The notes: generated from the letters alone by a model not told the origin. Positions 11,087-21,507 are shown, numbered from the stretch's first letter. The stretch: 64,000 nt of DNA from a virus (IMGVR_UViG_3300017707_001811:101573-165572); one strand, 5' to 3'. Program-made: numbers and translations.

Positions 11087-12486
11087 GAAAAATTATATCT
11101 GAATCAGGTATTAGAAATATAAGAGAGCTTTCTAACAGATATAAGAAGGCTAAAATTTATTTTCACCAAGACCTAGATGGTGTCACTACCGCAATAGCCA
11201 TGAGGGACTATTTAAAGTCAAACGGAATTGACGTGGTTGACGTGGAAGTTATTCAATATGGAGATAAGGAGTTCGCGGTTAAAAAAACTGATGCTAGAGG
11301 TGAAGTTATGCCAGTTTTAGTTGATTTTGCACATGGTAAACCAATGTTTATTATTCACACTGACCATCATGATAGACAAGCTGGTGCGGAAGAAACTGGC
11401 TCAAAATCATTTAGACAAGCAAGGTCAAACGTTGAAACCTTGTCTCAAATAATACCCAAAAGTGACTTATTTCCACCTGAAGATGTTGCCACAATATCTA
11501 TGGTTGATAGTGCTGATTATGCTAAAAGAAATATTACACCTGAGATTGTAATGAATTATATCTTTAAATTTGATAAAGATAAATCTGCGGCTGATAATAG
11601 AATGATGTTAGGATTGGTTACTAATAAATTACTTTTGGCATTTAAAAACAAAAAAGGATTTTTAGAAGAATTAGTTATGGAGTGTGAACCTTCATTAATT
11701 TCATTATTTAGAAAAATTAAAGAAATAATGAATTTAAAAGGATTTCCTTCAGAAGATGTTTTAGAAAAAAACAAAGAAATTTATGTTTCTTCCATGAAAA
11801 CACATCCTCAGGTTTCTGGTAATATCATTGTTCAGTATGGAGGTGGTAATATGATGAAACCTGGTTCGTATGATAGATATACACCATTTAGAAATAATCC
11901 TGAAGCTGATTTCTTGGTAATCGCTTGGCCTCTTGGTTTGTTACAAGCCTCTTGTAATCCATTTAAAAAAGAAAGAGAACTTAAAGGTGTTAACCTTGGT
12001 GAAATAGCTCAAGAAGTTTTATCTAAATGGGAATCACAATTAAAAGAAAAACAAATACCTTTGTCAACTATAAAGTGGGTTTCTGAGACTGCAACTAATG
12101 AAGAATCTGTTGGGTTCACATTCAAGGATTTTGCGGCAATTTATGGTGAAAAATATGTGAAAGATAAAGACGGTATTAAAAGTTTGATGGATATTAAATC
12201 TTTAATGGAAAAAAAATCATCAGATTTAACTGAAGATGAATGGACTGTTCTTGACCAATACACGGTTCCTGTTTGGGATGTTATTCAGGCTAATTCTGGA
12301 GGACACAAATGTATTACCAATATTTCAGGACTTAATTACATTGGTAGGAGTAAAAGACCACCAAAGGGTGGATATAGGTATGATGCGGAAAAAGAGGATT
12401 CTCCGTATATTAAATTTTTAAAAATGTTACAAAGAGACTTTGTTAAAAACCTTCAAGAAAAGATTGAATTATCAAAGAATCAGTAA
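11083..12486 (+). CDS. DHH-family phosphoesterase (RecJ/NrnA-like)
   Basis: Motif I YFHQDLDGVTTA and motif III IIHTDHHD. Confidence 0.6.
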   Translation: MRKIISESGIRNIRELSNRYKKAKIYFHQDLDGVTTAIAMRDYLKSNGIDVVDVEVIQYGDKEFAVKKTDARGEVMPVLVDFAHGKPMFIIHTDHHDRQAGAEETGSKSFRQARSNVETLSQIIPKSDLFPPEDVATISMVDSADYAKRNITPEIVMNYIFKFDKDKSAADNRMMLGLVTNKLLLAFKNKKGFLEELVMECEPSLISLFRKIKEIMNLKGFPSEDVLEKNKEIYVSSMKTHPQVSGNIIVQYGGGNMMKPGSYDRYTPFRNNPEADFLVIAWPLGLLQASCNPFKKERELKGVNLGEIAQEVLSKWESQLKEKQIPLSTIKWVSETATNEESVGFTFKDFAAIYGEKYVKDKDGIKSLMDIKSLMEKKSSDLTEDEWTVLDQYTVPVWDVIQANSGGHKCITNISGLNYIGRSKRPPKGGYRYDAEKEDSPYIKFLKMLQRDFVKNLQEKIELSKNQ

Positions 12487-13009
12487 CAACCCAATTTTTA
12501 GTATACTCTATATTATTAACACAAAATTTGGCATAATTATTAATTTTAGGTGAACCTGTATTATAAGCTCCACACGCTTTAGCCCAACTTTTGTATTTAT
12601 CGTAATTTTTTGATAATATTTTCATTGACACCATTACATTAAGTTCTAAATCATACATTAAGTCTTTTCTAGTAACTTTACTACCAGCATAATAAGATGC
12701 GTATTTAGGGATAATCTGCATGGCTCCAACAGCCCCTGCTTTAGAAGATAAATAAGGATTATATAATGTGTCTGATGGACCTTTATATCTGGTTTCTTTG
12801 AATGCAACATTATAAGCGATGTATTTTGGAACACAGAATGAATCAGAGTAAGTCTCAATTAGATAATATAATCTATATGATGGTTTAGAATTTGGATTTG
12901 CTCCAATTTCATAAAGTACATCTTTATCTATTTTTATAGGATATGGTATAATAAATGAAGATGAAATAATAAATGATAGTAAAAGTAATAAAATTTTAAT
13001 TTTGTTCAT
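12443..13009 (-). CDS. secreted lytic transglycosylase (SLT domain)
   Basis: Signal peptide MNKIKILLLLLSFIISS; SLT motifs ...SSKAGAVGAMQIIPKYA. Confidence 0.7.
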   Translation of the reverse strand: MNKIKILLLLLSFIISSSFIIPYPIKIDKDVLYEIGANPNSKPSYRLYYLIETYSDSFCVPKYIAYNVAFKETRYKGPSDTLYNPYLSSKAGAVGAMQIIPKYASYYAGSKVTRKDLMYDLELNVMVSMKILSKNYDKYKSWAKACGAYNTGSPKINNYAKFCVNNIEYTKNWVVTDSLIIQSFLEGF

Positions 13010-13027
13010 AATACTAAAATTAAAAAA

Positions 13028-13387
13028 TTATTTTGAAAGGTCAAATATAAAACTACATTTGTCTCCCATTTTAATACCTTCATTCTGACAACGACCACCC
13101 TCAATCTCTAATACATATTTACCGTATCCATTATAATTCTTACAAATTGGTGATTCACACGGCTCGCAGTTATAATGTATTTCAGTTACTGTTAAATCAC
13201 TATCAATAAAGATAATATCTAAAGGTATGATACAGTTCTTCATCCAAAAACTATGATACCCATTACCCATAAAGAATAACATACCATCAAATCCAATAAA
13301 TTCTTTACCCATCATTCCTTCAGAAATTTCTTTGGGTGAATTACATACCTTAACTTTTATATTTTCATTTTTTATTCTTACAAACAT
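13028..13387 (-). CDS. hypothetical Cys-rich protein
   Basis: ORF only. Confidence 0.4.
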   Translation of the reverse strand: MFVRIKNENIKVKVCNSPKEISEGMMGKEFIGFDGMLFFMGNGYHSFWMKNCIIPLDIIFIDSDLTVTEIHYNCEPCESPICKNYNGYGKYVLEIEGGRCQNEGIKMGDKCSFIFDLSK

Positions 13388-13439
13388 AGTTAATGATAAA
13401 TATTTTTTTTTTAAAAAAAATCAAATATTTATTTGATAC

Positions 13440-13465
13440 TACCAATTTCTTGCCGTAAGTTTGTA
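13440..13465 (+). promoter_or_regulatory. promoter copy 1 (TAAGTTTG -7 box at 13456-13463)
   Basis: ccgTAAGTTTGtaaaagatttga, a module also present at 13660 and 13768. Confidence 0.5.
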
Positions 13466-13550
13466 AAAGATTTGACACTTATAGGTGATGAAAGATACTC
13501 GGTAGTTAAATCAAAAAGTTCTTGTTTTATTTAGAAGATTGAAAATACTT

Positions 13551-13620
13551 CACGGGTGGCTCCCTTAATAGTTAAGGCTGACCTTAAACATCCACTCTAA
13601 AGTATACAGGGGGCGAAAGT
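13551..13620 (+). repeat. conserved about 63-nt RNA-like module, copy A
   Basis: GGCTCCCTTAATAGTTAAGGCTGACC, then 25 nt, then AGGGGGCGAAAG; copy B at 27079-27142 is 23/26 identical with the same 25-nt spacing. Confidence 0.6.
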
Positions 13621-13639
13621 GAAAAAAAATATTAATTTA

Positions 13640-13671
13640 TTTGACAGATTGAAAAAAATGTCGTAAGTTTG
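13640..13671 (+). promoter_or_regulatory. promoter copy 2: TTTG/TTGACA (13640-13646), 17-20 nt spacer, TAAGTTTG (13664-13671)
   Basis: Matches both the Bacteroidetes TTTG-N19-21-TAnnTTTG and a sigma70-like TTGACA-N17-TAAGTT geometry. Confidence 0.6.
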
Positions 13672-13748
13672 TAAAAGATTTGAGATTAAGGTTCACAAAG
13701 TGGTAAAACGATGAAAGTTTCCAAATCTCAAAAAAGTTCACAAATAAC

Positions 13749-13779
13749 TTGACAAATAGAAATAAATGTCGTAAATTTG
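13749..13779 (+). promoter_or_regulatory. promoter copy 3: TTGACA (13749-13754), 17 nt spacer, TAAATTTG (13772-13779)
   Basis: Third tandem copy of the same module, about 50 nt upstream of the ORF-free RNA region. Confidence 0.6.
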
Positions 13780-13830
13780 TAAAACAATTCGGAAATGTCC
13801 GAAACGTTCTTTGAAAAAATAGATTATCCA

Positions 13831-14740
13831 TTCTCTGAGTAAGTCGTATTCCCGCCTTCGTGTGACGAATATGAGCACTGAAAAGAGATAAACGATAATG
13901 GGCCGTGTATGGTCCTTAAATAAACTACGAAAGTAGGATAAAGTGGTCTCCCCCGTGTTGAGGAGGCTGCGGTTTGAAACCCCGTAAGGGGAATTGAACT
14001 CAAGTACACAAGTGGGATATCACCACACCTTTAGTACCGAGGGTAACACTGTAGGGAAAGTGGTAGGGTGACATGGCAATGTGGATTGTCAAGTTGAGTT
14101 CGGAAGAACAATAAGAATAACCCATAGGAATCAAGTAAGAAGTATAGTCATCCAACTATATAATTGCGGATTCCAATATGATAGAATACTTAAAACCGAA
14201 AGGTAAGGTAGAGAACGAGTGGTGTCGCTACTACCCCTAAGGATGACCTACCAAGGTCGCTTTCTGAAGTAATCTAAAAATATGGAGGTGGGGACACTTC
14301 ACGGAGTAGTTTAGTATTCTGTCACTCAAAAGGAGACGGAGCTTACGGTGGACCACTACTCTGACACATCCACGACACAAAACCTATTAATTTCACTGTT
14401 AATGAAAATTTAATACTAAAAATTACAAGGAAAAGTGTCCATCAGGTTTGAGTGAAAGGTGACTACATAGTAATGAGCCGTTCATTGCACACAAAGACCC
14501 CAAGTCAATGTGTATTGTTAAGAAAGACCTTTAATCCCGCAAGGACGAACTGGGGTGGCAACCTCGGAAAGAGTTAAGTACTGATAGAGTAATTCAGACC
14601 TCAAGGAGTGGTATACCTAAAAGACCGTCACTGAGAAATACTTCTCAAAAGGAAGTGGATACGAAGGGAACTAATAATCCTTCAAAAGATTCTCAATCAA
14701 AGCTGTAATCTCAGGCTTCGTTTAACTTAAAATATTATAT
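13831..14740 (+). ncRNA. large (about 0.9 kb) structured RNA of unknown class
   Basis: No ORF of 60 aa or more on either strand; GC well above flanks; several GNRA-capped hairpins (CCCC-GTAA-GGGG at 13980, GG-GCAA-CC at 14556, CC-GAAA-GG at 14196). Three tandem promoters lie upstream and a tRNA plus an intrinsic terminator lie downstream. Confidence 0.5.
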
Positions 14741-14812
14741 TGTGGGATAGAGCAGAGGTAGCTCGAAAGGCTCATAACCTTTAGGTCGGGGGTTCGAATC
14801 CCTCTCCCGCTA
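14741..14812 (+). tRNA. tRNA-Met(CAT)-like with U1-U72 mismatch
   Basis: Acceptor TGTGGGA/TCCCGCT (6/7 bp), D stem GAGC/GCTC, anticodon arm AAAGG-CTCATAA-CCTTT, T arm GGGGG-TTCGAAT-CCCTC. Confidence 0.55.
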
Positions 14813-14844
14813 CTAAATAGAAGTAGGTTTCACCTGTCGCAGGC

Positions 14845-14863
14845 GACGTAAAGTAAGAATCAC
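14845..14863 (+). repeat. copy of the gacgtaRagtaagaat motif found in the 36.4-kb tRNA cluster repeats
   Basis: gacgtaaagtaagaatcac versus gacgtagtaagaatagag at 36424. Confidence 0.4.
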
Positions 14864-14925
14864 AACTTGACTGGTCGTAACCTTCTGTAGTGGTTAATGT
14901 GAACACTATAGACTATTAAAAACAA

Positions 14926-14947
14926 GGTGGGGTAACCCACCTTTTTT
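14926..14947 (+). terminator. intrinsic terminator
   Basis: GGTGGG-GTAA-CCCACC followed by TTTTTT. Confidence 0.75.
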
Positions 14948-15013
14948 AATTATTAAAAATAACTTAAAATAATTTTTGATTTAAAAAATATTTATTAATA
15001 TAATTTAACTACT

Positions 15014-15277
15014 ATGGAAGTTAAAATTGGAGTTATTGAAACACATTACTATAAGGGAGAAAGAGAGTTACAAATTGTTGATTTGGAAAAGTTTCCAATT
15101 ATTAAACAATTTATAGAAGTAAACCCAAAAGCAACCGAAGAAGATTTATTAAAATATTTGAAGAAAATAAAAGATAAAGATTTTCAGAGGTTTATAAACG
15201 AATTATCATGGAATGAGATTAAAAAAGAGGACTTTACTAAAAGTAAAACTGAATTAATTGTAAAATTAGAAAAATAA
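15014..15277 (+). CDS. hypothetical protein
   Basis: ORF only. Confidence 0.35.
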   Translation: MEVKIGVIETHYYKGERELQIVDLEKFPIIKQFIEVNPKATEEDLLKYLKKIKDKDFQRFINELSWNEIKKEDFTKSKTELIVKLEK

Positions 15278-15313
15278 TTTTGTAAATTAAAAATTTTGTA
15301 GTAAATTTGTCCT

Positions 15314-15571
15314 ATGAAAATTATAACACTTAATATCATCCATCCCGAATACGGTAAAATAGTTGAAGAAACATTCCAAGATGCAACACAGATTAAATTG
15401 TTTCTTAGAATGGTACAAGATAGTATTGACACAAACACTTCTTTTAATCATTACAATATCACAGATACTTTAATTCAAATACCATCCAAAGTATTGAAAG
15501 AATGTTTAATTTTTACTAATAAAAAACAAGTCAGCTACACTGAACAAGTATTATCCAAAGTAGCGGTTTAA
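15314..15571 (+). CDS. hypothetical protein
   Basis: ORF only. Confidence 0.35.
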   Translation: MKIITLNIIHPEYGKIVEETFQDATQIKLFLRMVQDSIDTNTSFNHYNITDTLIQIPSKVLKECLIFTNKKQVSYTEQVLSKVAV

Positions 15572-15627
15572 AAATCTTTATGTGAACCATAAAGTGGTGG
15601 ACCACAATCCAAGTCGATTGGCCTAAA

Positions 15628-15652
15628 AAGAGAACACATGTTCTCTTTTTTT
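15628..15652 (+). terminator. intrinsic terminator
   Basis: AGAGAACA-CATG-TTCTCT followed by TTTTTTT. Confidence 0.7.
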
Positions 15653-15687
15653 ATTTTATTATCTATTTATTATAAAAAATATTAATC

Positions 15688-15999
15688 ATGACTAGATACG
15701 TTTTTACTGAAAAACAACTTGAAAAAATAAAAGAAGATTTAAACAGACCTGAAATAACAGAAGGTAAAGATGGTAATTATATGTCAAAACAACAATTATT
15801 TATAATTGCAACTTTAGCATATAAAATGTGGGAGATAATGGAAGATGATGAAGAACTAGATGATTGGATGGAATCCAAAATTGCTCAAGCTGAGCAATCT
15901 ATAACATCAGTCGTCAAGGCTTACATGTATGATGAAATAACTGATGATATGAAAGGTATGGAAACATTAAATTACAATGAACTTGTAATCGGAAAATGA
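15688..15999 (+). CDS. hypothetical acidic protein
   Basis: ORF only. Confidence 0.4.
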   Translation: MTRYVFTEKQLEKIKEDLNRPEITEGKDGNYMSKQQLFIIATLAYKMWEIMEDDEELDDWMESKIAQAEQSITSVVKAYMYDEITDDMKGMETLNYNELVIGK

Positions 16000-16859
16000 A
16001 AAAAATAATTAAAGAAAACGAAAAGAAATTTTATTTATATAACCCAATCCCTATTGTAAAACAAGAGGCATCTGAGGTTATAAAAAGAATACTTAACGCT
16101 CATAACATATCATTTCAGTTTGGTGAAACTGTGAATTTAAATGAATTGGACACAGTTAATAAAATGAGAATGAGAGACTATATTAATCGTGTTATAAAGT
16201 ACAAAGAAGTTAGAGGACACGCAATTGAAGGATTAATGGTTGGACTTTTTGACGGACAATTTAATAAAGAACAAATGGGTTCATGGGATTATATGGTCAG
16301 ACAAGGTACCGTCGAACAAAAATATATTGAAGATATTAATGAAAGCCCATCAATAGGAGCTTTTAAAAATATTATTGATGGTTTACCACAAAAAGATTCA
16401 GATGAAATTAGGAATATACTTTCAAAATACGAAAGTCAAAATATTTTTTTAATCAATGACCCAGAACTTGAAAAATATAAAAGGAATATATTAGAGACAA
16501 TGTTAACTGATATAATTTGTGTCACCACAAAAAGTTTAACAAAATTAGTTAATTATTATTTTACAAAAGAAGATTTTATAAGCTATGCAATTGATGCAAA
16601 AAATATTGCTGCACCTAAAAATAAAAATTCATTACAACTTAGAATAAAATCTGGATTATTAACGTCTAAAGCAAATAAGTTTGAAATTATTATACCATCC
16701 ATAAGTCAGAAAGAATATGATGACTATATGAAGGAAGATTCTGAGGAAATAAGAATCTCAAAAATATTTGGGCCATATTATAATAAAATTAGACCAGATA
16801 TTCTTAAATGGATTAAGAATAATAAAGATTTATTTAAAGATTCGGTAAATCAATTATGA
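15996..16859 (+). CDS. hypothetical protein
   Basis: ORF with overlapping start/stop. Confidence 0.45.
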   Translation: MKKIIKENEKKFYLYNPIPIVKQEASEVIKRILNAHNISFQFGETVNLNELDTVNKMRMRDYINRVIKYKEVRGHAIEGLMVGLFDGQFNKEQMGSWDYMVRQGTVEQKYIEDINESPSIGAFKNIIDGLPQKDSDEIRNILSKYESQNIFLINDPELEKYKRNILETMLTDIICVTTKSLTKLVNYYFTKEDFISYAIDAKNIAAPKNKNSLQLRIKSGLLTSKANKFEIIIPSISQKEYDDYMKEDSEEIRISKIFGPYYNKIRPDILKWIKNNKDLFKDSVNQL

Positions 16860-17884
16860 AAATAGTATTAAATGAAACACAATATAGTAAACTAATTACT
16901 GAAGATTTAGGAGTATCTAGGGCTTCTATTATTTATTCTAATTTAATTTTACAAACGTTGGACCCTATTTTAAAAGATAAGATAGATAAGGGTAAAAATT
17001 TTGCAGATATAATTATTATTGGATTGAAAGATATTAAGGAAATTTATCAAAACAATTTTGATGATTTTATAGAGTTACCGATAGAAGAAATTATTATTGA
17101 ATTTACATTTAAAAAAGTTAAAAATATTAATAAGACTGATGTTAAATATCTTACAGGTGGTGCGGCGTATCAAATAGAGAAGGGTAGAGATGCTAGAACT
17201 AAGATACAAAAACCTTCTCTATCCCTACCAAAAAAAGTACTTGAGGAAATTCCTGAAACTATGACTGCCTATTATGAGTTTGGTGTGATTATAAGTCAAC
17301 ATTATACAAATGATGATTATTCTAGTTTACTATTAGATTTACGTGATACTATTGTACATGAATCTAACCATATTTTAGAGTTTTATAAAAAAAGAAAAGT
17401 GTATAACACAGCATTATCCTTTGCAGGTTCAAAAAACAAAAATATACCAAAACCAATATATGACATTTGGAATGAATTTTTATGGTTTTTATATTTCTCT
17501 GAACCATATGAGATGAACGCTATGGCACAAGAATCTTATAGTAAAATACTAAGGATGACATTTGATGAGTTTAAAAAAACAAAATATTGGATTTATTCTG
17601 AGAAAATGAAAAATTTTGATGCTAATAAACTTTACGAAGAATTATTAAGAAAAATTAATGAATACAATCCTGATACTGAAAAAGTCTTTTTAAATAGTAT
17701 TTTGAAATGGTTTAAACAAGATTATATTTCAGGTTCTAAAGATTATGGTATTGAACCAAACAAAGATGTTGTAAATTCTAAAGACATTATAACACTTATG
17801 AAAAAATTTGAGCCAAGAATTAAGAAATCTGGAGACAGACTTCAAAAAAGATTTATGAGATTATATTCTTTGGAATCTGTTTAA
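16856..17884 (+). CDS. hypothetical protein
   Basis: ORF with overlapping start/stop. Confidence 0.45.
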   Translation: MKIVLNETQYSKLITEDLGVSRASIIYSNLILQTLDPILKDKIDKGKNFADIIIIGLKDIKEIYQNNFDDFIELPIEEIIIEFTFKKVKNINKTDVKYLTGGAAYQIEKGRDARTKIQKPSLSLPKKVLEEIPETMTAYYEFGVIISQHYTNDDYSSLLLDLRDTIVHESNHILEFYKKRKVYNTALSFAGSKNKNIPKPIYDIWNEFLWFLYFSEPYEMNAMAQESYSKILRMTFDEFKKTKYWIYSEKMKNFDANKLYEELLRKINEYNPDTEKVFLNSILKWFKQDYISGSKDYGIEPNKDVVNSKDIITLMKKFEPRIKKSGDRLQKRFMRLYSLESV

Positions 17885-17921
17885 ATTTTGTTTTTTAATG
17901 TTATTTTTATATCTTTGTATT

Positions 17922-18617
17922 ATGAAAATAACATTTATTTCCGATACACACAACAAACATAAGCAAGTCACTAGTTTATTACCTGGTGGGGATTTAATCA
18001 TACATGCTGGAGATATATCATCCATGGGGTATATCCACGAAGTTCAACAATTCTGTAAATGGTTTGAAGGATTAGATAACTATACAACTAAAGTTTTCAT
18101 TGCTGGAAACCATGATTTTGGTTTTCAGGATATTCCTAAAGAGATTAAAGAAATTGTTGATTTTTATGATGGAGTTAATTATTTACAAGACGATTTAATA
18201 CTACTTGGTGATAACTATAGTGAAATGGTTAAAATTTATGGTACTCCATGGCAACCTGAATTCCATAATTGGGCATTTAATTTACCAAGAAATGGATGGG
18301 AACTTGAACAAAAATGGAATGATATCCCGATAAATACGGATATATTAATTACTCACGGACCAGCCCAAGGATATTTGGACACCTCAGGACCACCTTGGAA
18401 TGAGCCCTTGTTAGGTTGCGAATTACTAGTTAAGAGAATTAAAGAAATAAAACCAAAAATTCACGTTTGTGGTCATATTCACGGAGGTTATGGTTATGTC
18501 TTTGATGGTGATACTCACTTCATTAATGCATCTGTACTAAATGAAAAATATGAATTTGTTAACAAACCACTTACAGTTGAGTGGGACCCTGTGACAAATG
18601 AACTTGATTTTCTATAA
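17922..18617 (+). CDS. calcineurin-like metallophosphoesterase
   Basis: Motifs ISDTHNKH, HAGDISSMG, AGNHDF and CGHIHGG. Start moved to the ATG 4 nt after the TATCTTTG -7 box at 17910-17917. Confidence 0.75.
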   Translation: MKITFISDTHNKHKQVTSLLPGGDLIIHAGDISSMGYIHEVQQFCKWFEGLDNYTTKVFIAGNHDFGFQDIPKEIKEIVDFYDGVNYLQDDLILLGDNYSEMVKIYGTPWQPEFHNWAFNLPRNGWELEQKWNDIPINTDILITHGPAQGYLDTSGPPWNEPLLGCELLVKRIKEIKPKIHVCGHIHGGYGYVFDGDTHFINASVLNEKYEFVNKPLTVEWDPVTNELDFL

Positions 18618-18620
18618 AAA

Positions 18621-18646
18621 ACTGACATAATGTCAGTTTTTTTATT
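18621..18646 (+). terminator. intrinsic terminator
   Basis: CTGACAT-AA-TGTCAG followed by TTTTTTT. Confidence 0.7.
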
Positions 18647-18730
18647 TTGGTACGAATTTTAACAATTTGGCACACGGAACTTGATTCCATTAAAATAAAC
18701 TTTTATATTTAAAAAAAATTATCAAAATTT

Positions 18731-20593
18731 ATGGGAAAAATAATAGGTATTGACTTGGGAACTACAAATTCTTGCGTAGCGGTTATGGAAGGTAGTGACC
18801 CTGTAGTAATTACAAACAGTGAAGGAAAAAGAACCACCCCTTCAATTGTCGCATTTGCTAATGGTGGTGAAAGGAAAGTTGGTGACCCTGCTAAACGACA
18901 GTCGGTTACTAACCCTGATAAAACAGTGTATTCAATTAAAAGATTTATGGGAACTAGCTTTGAAGAAAGTAAAAAAGAAGCTGGCAGAGTCCCATACAAA
19001 ATTATAAATGGTAACAATACACCTAAAGTTGAAATTGATAAAAGAAATTACTCACCACAAGAAATTTCGGCAATAGTACTCCAAAAGATGAAACAAACTG
19101 CTGAGGACTATCTTGGACAAGAAGTAACTGAGGCTGTAATTACGGTACCTGCATATTTTAATGACGCTCAAAGACAAGCGACAAAAGAAGCTGGTGAGAT
19201 TGCAGGACTTACAGTAAGAAGAATCATAAACGAACCAACTGCCGCGGCTCTTGCGTATGGTTTAGATAAGAAATCTAAAGATATGAAAGTTGTAGTATTT
19301 GACTGTGGTGGTGGTACTCATGATGTATCCGTACTTGAACTTGGAGACGGTGTATTTGAAGTACTCTCAACTGATGGAGACACTCATCTTGGTGGTGACG
19401 ACTTTGACCAAGCAATTATTGATTGGTTAGTTATGGAATTTAAAGATGAAAATGGATTGGATTTAAAACAAGACCCAATGGCACTTCAAAGACTTAGAGA
19501 AGGAGCTGAAAAGGCAAAAATTGAACTTTCATCATCACCGTCAACTGAAATTAATTTACCATATATCATGCCAGTTGATGGAATACCAAAACATTTAGTA
19601 CGTACTCTATCTCGAGCTAAATTTGAACAATTAGTTGACGAATTAGTTAAAAGAACAATTAAACCATGTGAGTCGGCTTTAAAAAATGCAGGACTTAAAG
19701 TTTCTGAAATTGATGAAATTATTTTAGTTGGAGGTACAACAAGAATTCCTGTTATTCAGGATGCGGTTAAGAAGTTCTTTGGAAAAGAACCGTCAAAAGG
19801 GGTTAACCCTGATGAAGTAGTCGCTTTAGGGGCGGCTATCCAAGGAGGAGTTTTAGCTGGTGATGTTAAAGATGTGCTACTTTTAGATGTCACACCACTA
19901 TCACTTGGTATTGAAACAATGGGTGGGGTTTTTACAAAGTTGATTGAGGCAAACACAACTATCCCAACCAAAAAGTCACAAGTATTCTCAACCGCTGTAG
20001 ATAATCAACCATCAGTTGAAATCCATGTATTACAGGGTGAAAGAGCTATGGCTAAAGACAACAGAACCATTGGTCGTTTCCATCTTGACGGATTACCACC
20101 AGCAATGAGAGGTATTCCACAGATTGAGGTAACATTTGATATTGATGCTAACGGTATTATTAATGTGTCGGCATTGGATAAAGGAACCAATAAACAACAA
20201 AATATTCGAATCGAATCTTCTTCAGGACTTTCAAAAGAAGAAATTGAAAAAATGAAAAAAGAGGCTGAAATGAATGCGGAATCTGATAAGAAAATTAAAG
20301 AAGAGACTGAAACAATTAACAAGGCAGATTCAGTAATTTTCCAAACCGAGAAGGCTTTAAAAGATTTAGAGGATAAAATTGGTGACGAAGATAAAAATAG
20401 AGTGATGGTTGCTTTGGAAGAATTAAAAACCGCACATCAGAATAGAGACGTAGAAAAGATTAATTCTTCTATTGATAATGTTAATAACATCTTTCAAGGA
20501 ATAAGTCAGAATATATATCAACAGATGTCAGACATTGTGAACGAAGATAAAGATGTTGAGGTAACCGATGTTGATTTTGAAGAAGTTAAGTAA
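18731..20593 (+). CDS. dnaK: chaperone DnaK (Hsp70)
   Basis: [14 protein letters not shown] and [12 protein letters not shown] ATPase motifs; full-length 620 aa Hsp70 architecture. Confidence 0.95.
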   Translation: MGKIIGIDLGTTNSCVAVMEGSDPVVITNSEGKRTTPSIVAFANGGERKVGDPAKRQSVTNPDKTVYSIKRFMGTSFEESKKEAGRVPYKIINGNNTPKVEIDKRNYSPQEISAIVLQKMKQTAEDYLGQEVTEAVITVPAYFNDAQRQATKEAGEIAGLTVRRIINEPTAAALAYGLDKKSKDMKVVVFDCGGGTHDVSVLELGDGVFEVLSTDGDTHLGGDDFDQAIIDWLVMEFKDENGLDLKQDPMALQRLREGAEKAKIELSSSPSTEINLPYIMPVDGIPKHLVRTLSRAKFEQLVDELVKRTIKPCESALKNAGLKVSEIDEIILVGGTTRIPVIQDAVKKFFGKEPSKGVNPDEVVALGAAIQGGVLAGDVKDVLLLDVTPLSLGIETMGGVFTKLIEANTTIPTKKSQVFSTAVDNQPSVEIHVLQGERAMAKDNRTIGRFHLDGLPPAMRGIPQIEVTFDIDANGIINVSALDKGTNKQQNIRIESSSGLSKEEIEKMKKEAEMNAESDKKIKEETETINKADSVIFQTEKALKDLEDKIGDEDKNRVMVALEELKTAHQNRDVEKINSSIDNVNNIFQGISQNIYQQMSDIVNEDKDVEVTDVDFEEVK

Positions 20594-20603
20594 TTAATTA
20601 AAA

Positions 20604-20630
20604 ACCCATCTTCGGATGGGTTTTTTATTT
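20604..20630 (+). terminator. intrinsic terminator
   Basis: AAACCCATC-TTCG-GATGGGTTT followed by TTTT. Confidence 0.75.
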
Positions 20631-20650
20631 ATATTTGTAAAAAAAATAAA

Positions 20651-21220
20651 ATGAAGGTAATATTTTTAGACCACGATGGGGTTATTTGCTTATCAAATAA
20701 CTGGGGGTCACGATTTAAGAAACAAAAGAAATATAGAAAAAAATTGAGTCAATCAGTAATGACAATGCCTCTTGATGCTCGTTTTGATAACTTTGATAAG
20801 AAAGCGATTAAGGTGTTAAATCAAATCTTGGAACAGACTGGTGCTGAAATCGTTGTTTCTTCCGATTGGAGGATTTGGTGTTCAGTTGAGGAAATGGGTG
20901 ATTATTACGAAAGTCATGGAATTATCAAACGTCCAATTGATTTTACAGGTAATGTTATTGATGAATCAAAAGTTACATGGCACCGAAATTGGGATTTGGA
21001 AGGAACAAGGAGTTTGGAAATCCAAGGTTGGTTAAAAGAACACCCTGAGGTAACACAATGGGTAGCTATTGATGATTTGAATATGGGTAAAAAAGGTCTA
21101 CACTACTCAACGGAATTTGAACACGAATGGGGGTTAGATAATTTTGTACATACTCCTCTTAGAAATGAAGGTATAAAACAAGTTGGTATTAAAGAAAAAA
21201 TTTTATCATTTTTAAAATAA
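20651..21220 (+). CDS. HAD-superfamily hydrolase-like protein
   Basis: N-terminal FLDHDGVI (DxDG motif I). Confidence 0.4.
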   Translation: MKVIFLDHDGVICLSNNWGSRFKKQKKYRKKLSQSVMTMPLDARFDNFDKKAIKVLNQILEQTGAEIVVSSDWRIWCSVEEMGDYYESHGIIKRPIDFTGNVIDESKVTWHRNWDLEGTRSLEIQGWLKEHPEVTQWVAIDDLNMGKKGLHYSTEFEHEWGLDNFVHTPLRNEGIKQVGIKEKILSFLK

Positions 21221-21431
21221 AAACTTAAAAATATTGACAAATAAATAAAATTTTAATACTTTTGTTAAACAGTTATATATTTAATTAAAAACAATGAAAC
21301 AGAACTCGATACATAACATAAGTAATCTCCCGATGAATGTGGGCCAAGCTTGGTTTGCGATTAAAGGGCAAGATTGCCGTTGTTTAAGGGTTCTTAATGA
21401 GATGTAAGCGTATCATCAAATATATAAAAAA

Positions 21432-21470
21432 AGAACCCTGAACAATTAAAAAGTTCGGGGTTTTTTTTTG
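21432..21470 (+). terminator. intrinsic terminator
   Basis: AACCCTGAAC...GTTCGGGGTT stem followed by T9. Confidence 0.7.
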
Positions 21471-21507
21471 ATGTTACAAAACAGTTCTTTGACATATTGG
21501 TGAATTT

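Noticed and set aside
12443-12486. 44-nt convergent 3' overlap between the DHH phosphoesterase (+) and lytic transglycosylase (-).
   Set aside because: Probably real but not informative; one of the two stop positions may simply be mis-set by a few codons.
18640-18730. Sigma54-like TGGCAC-N7-TTGA and a weak sigma32-like CTTGAT...CTTTTATAT upstream of dnaK.
   Set aside because: Spacing and the -12 GC do not fit the sigma54 consensus. The sigma32 match is weak, and a Bacteroidetes-type context is more likely.
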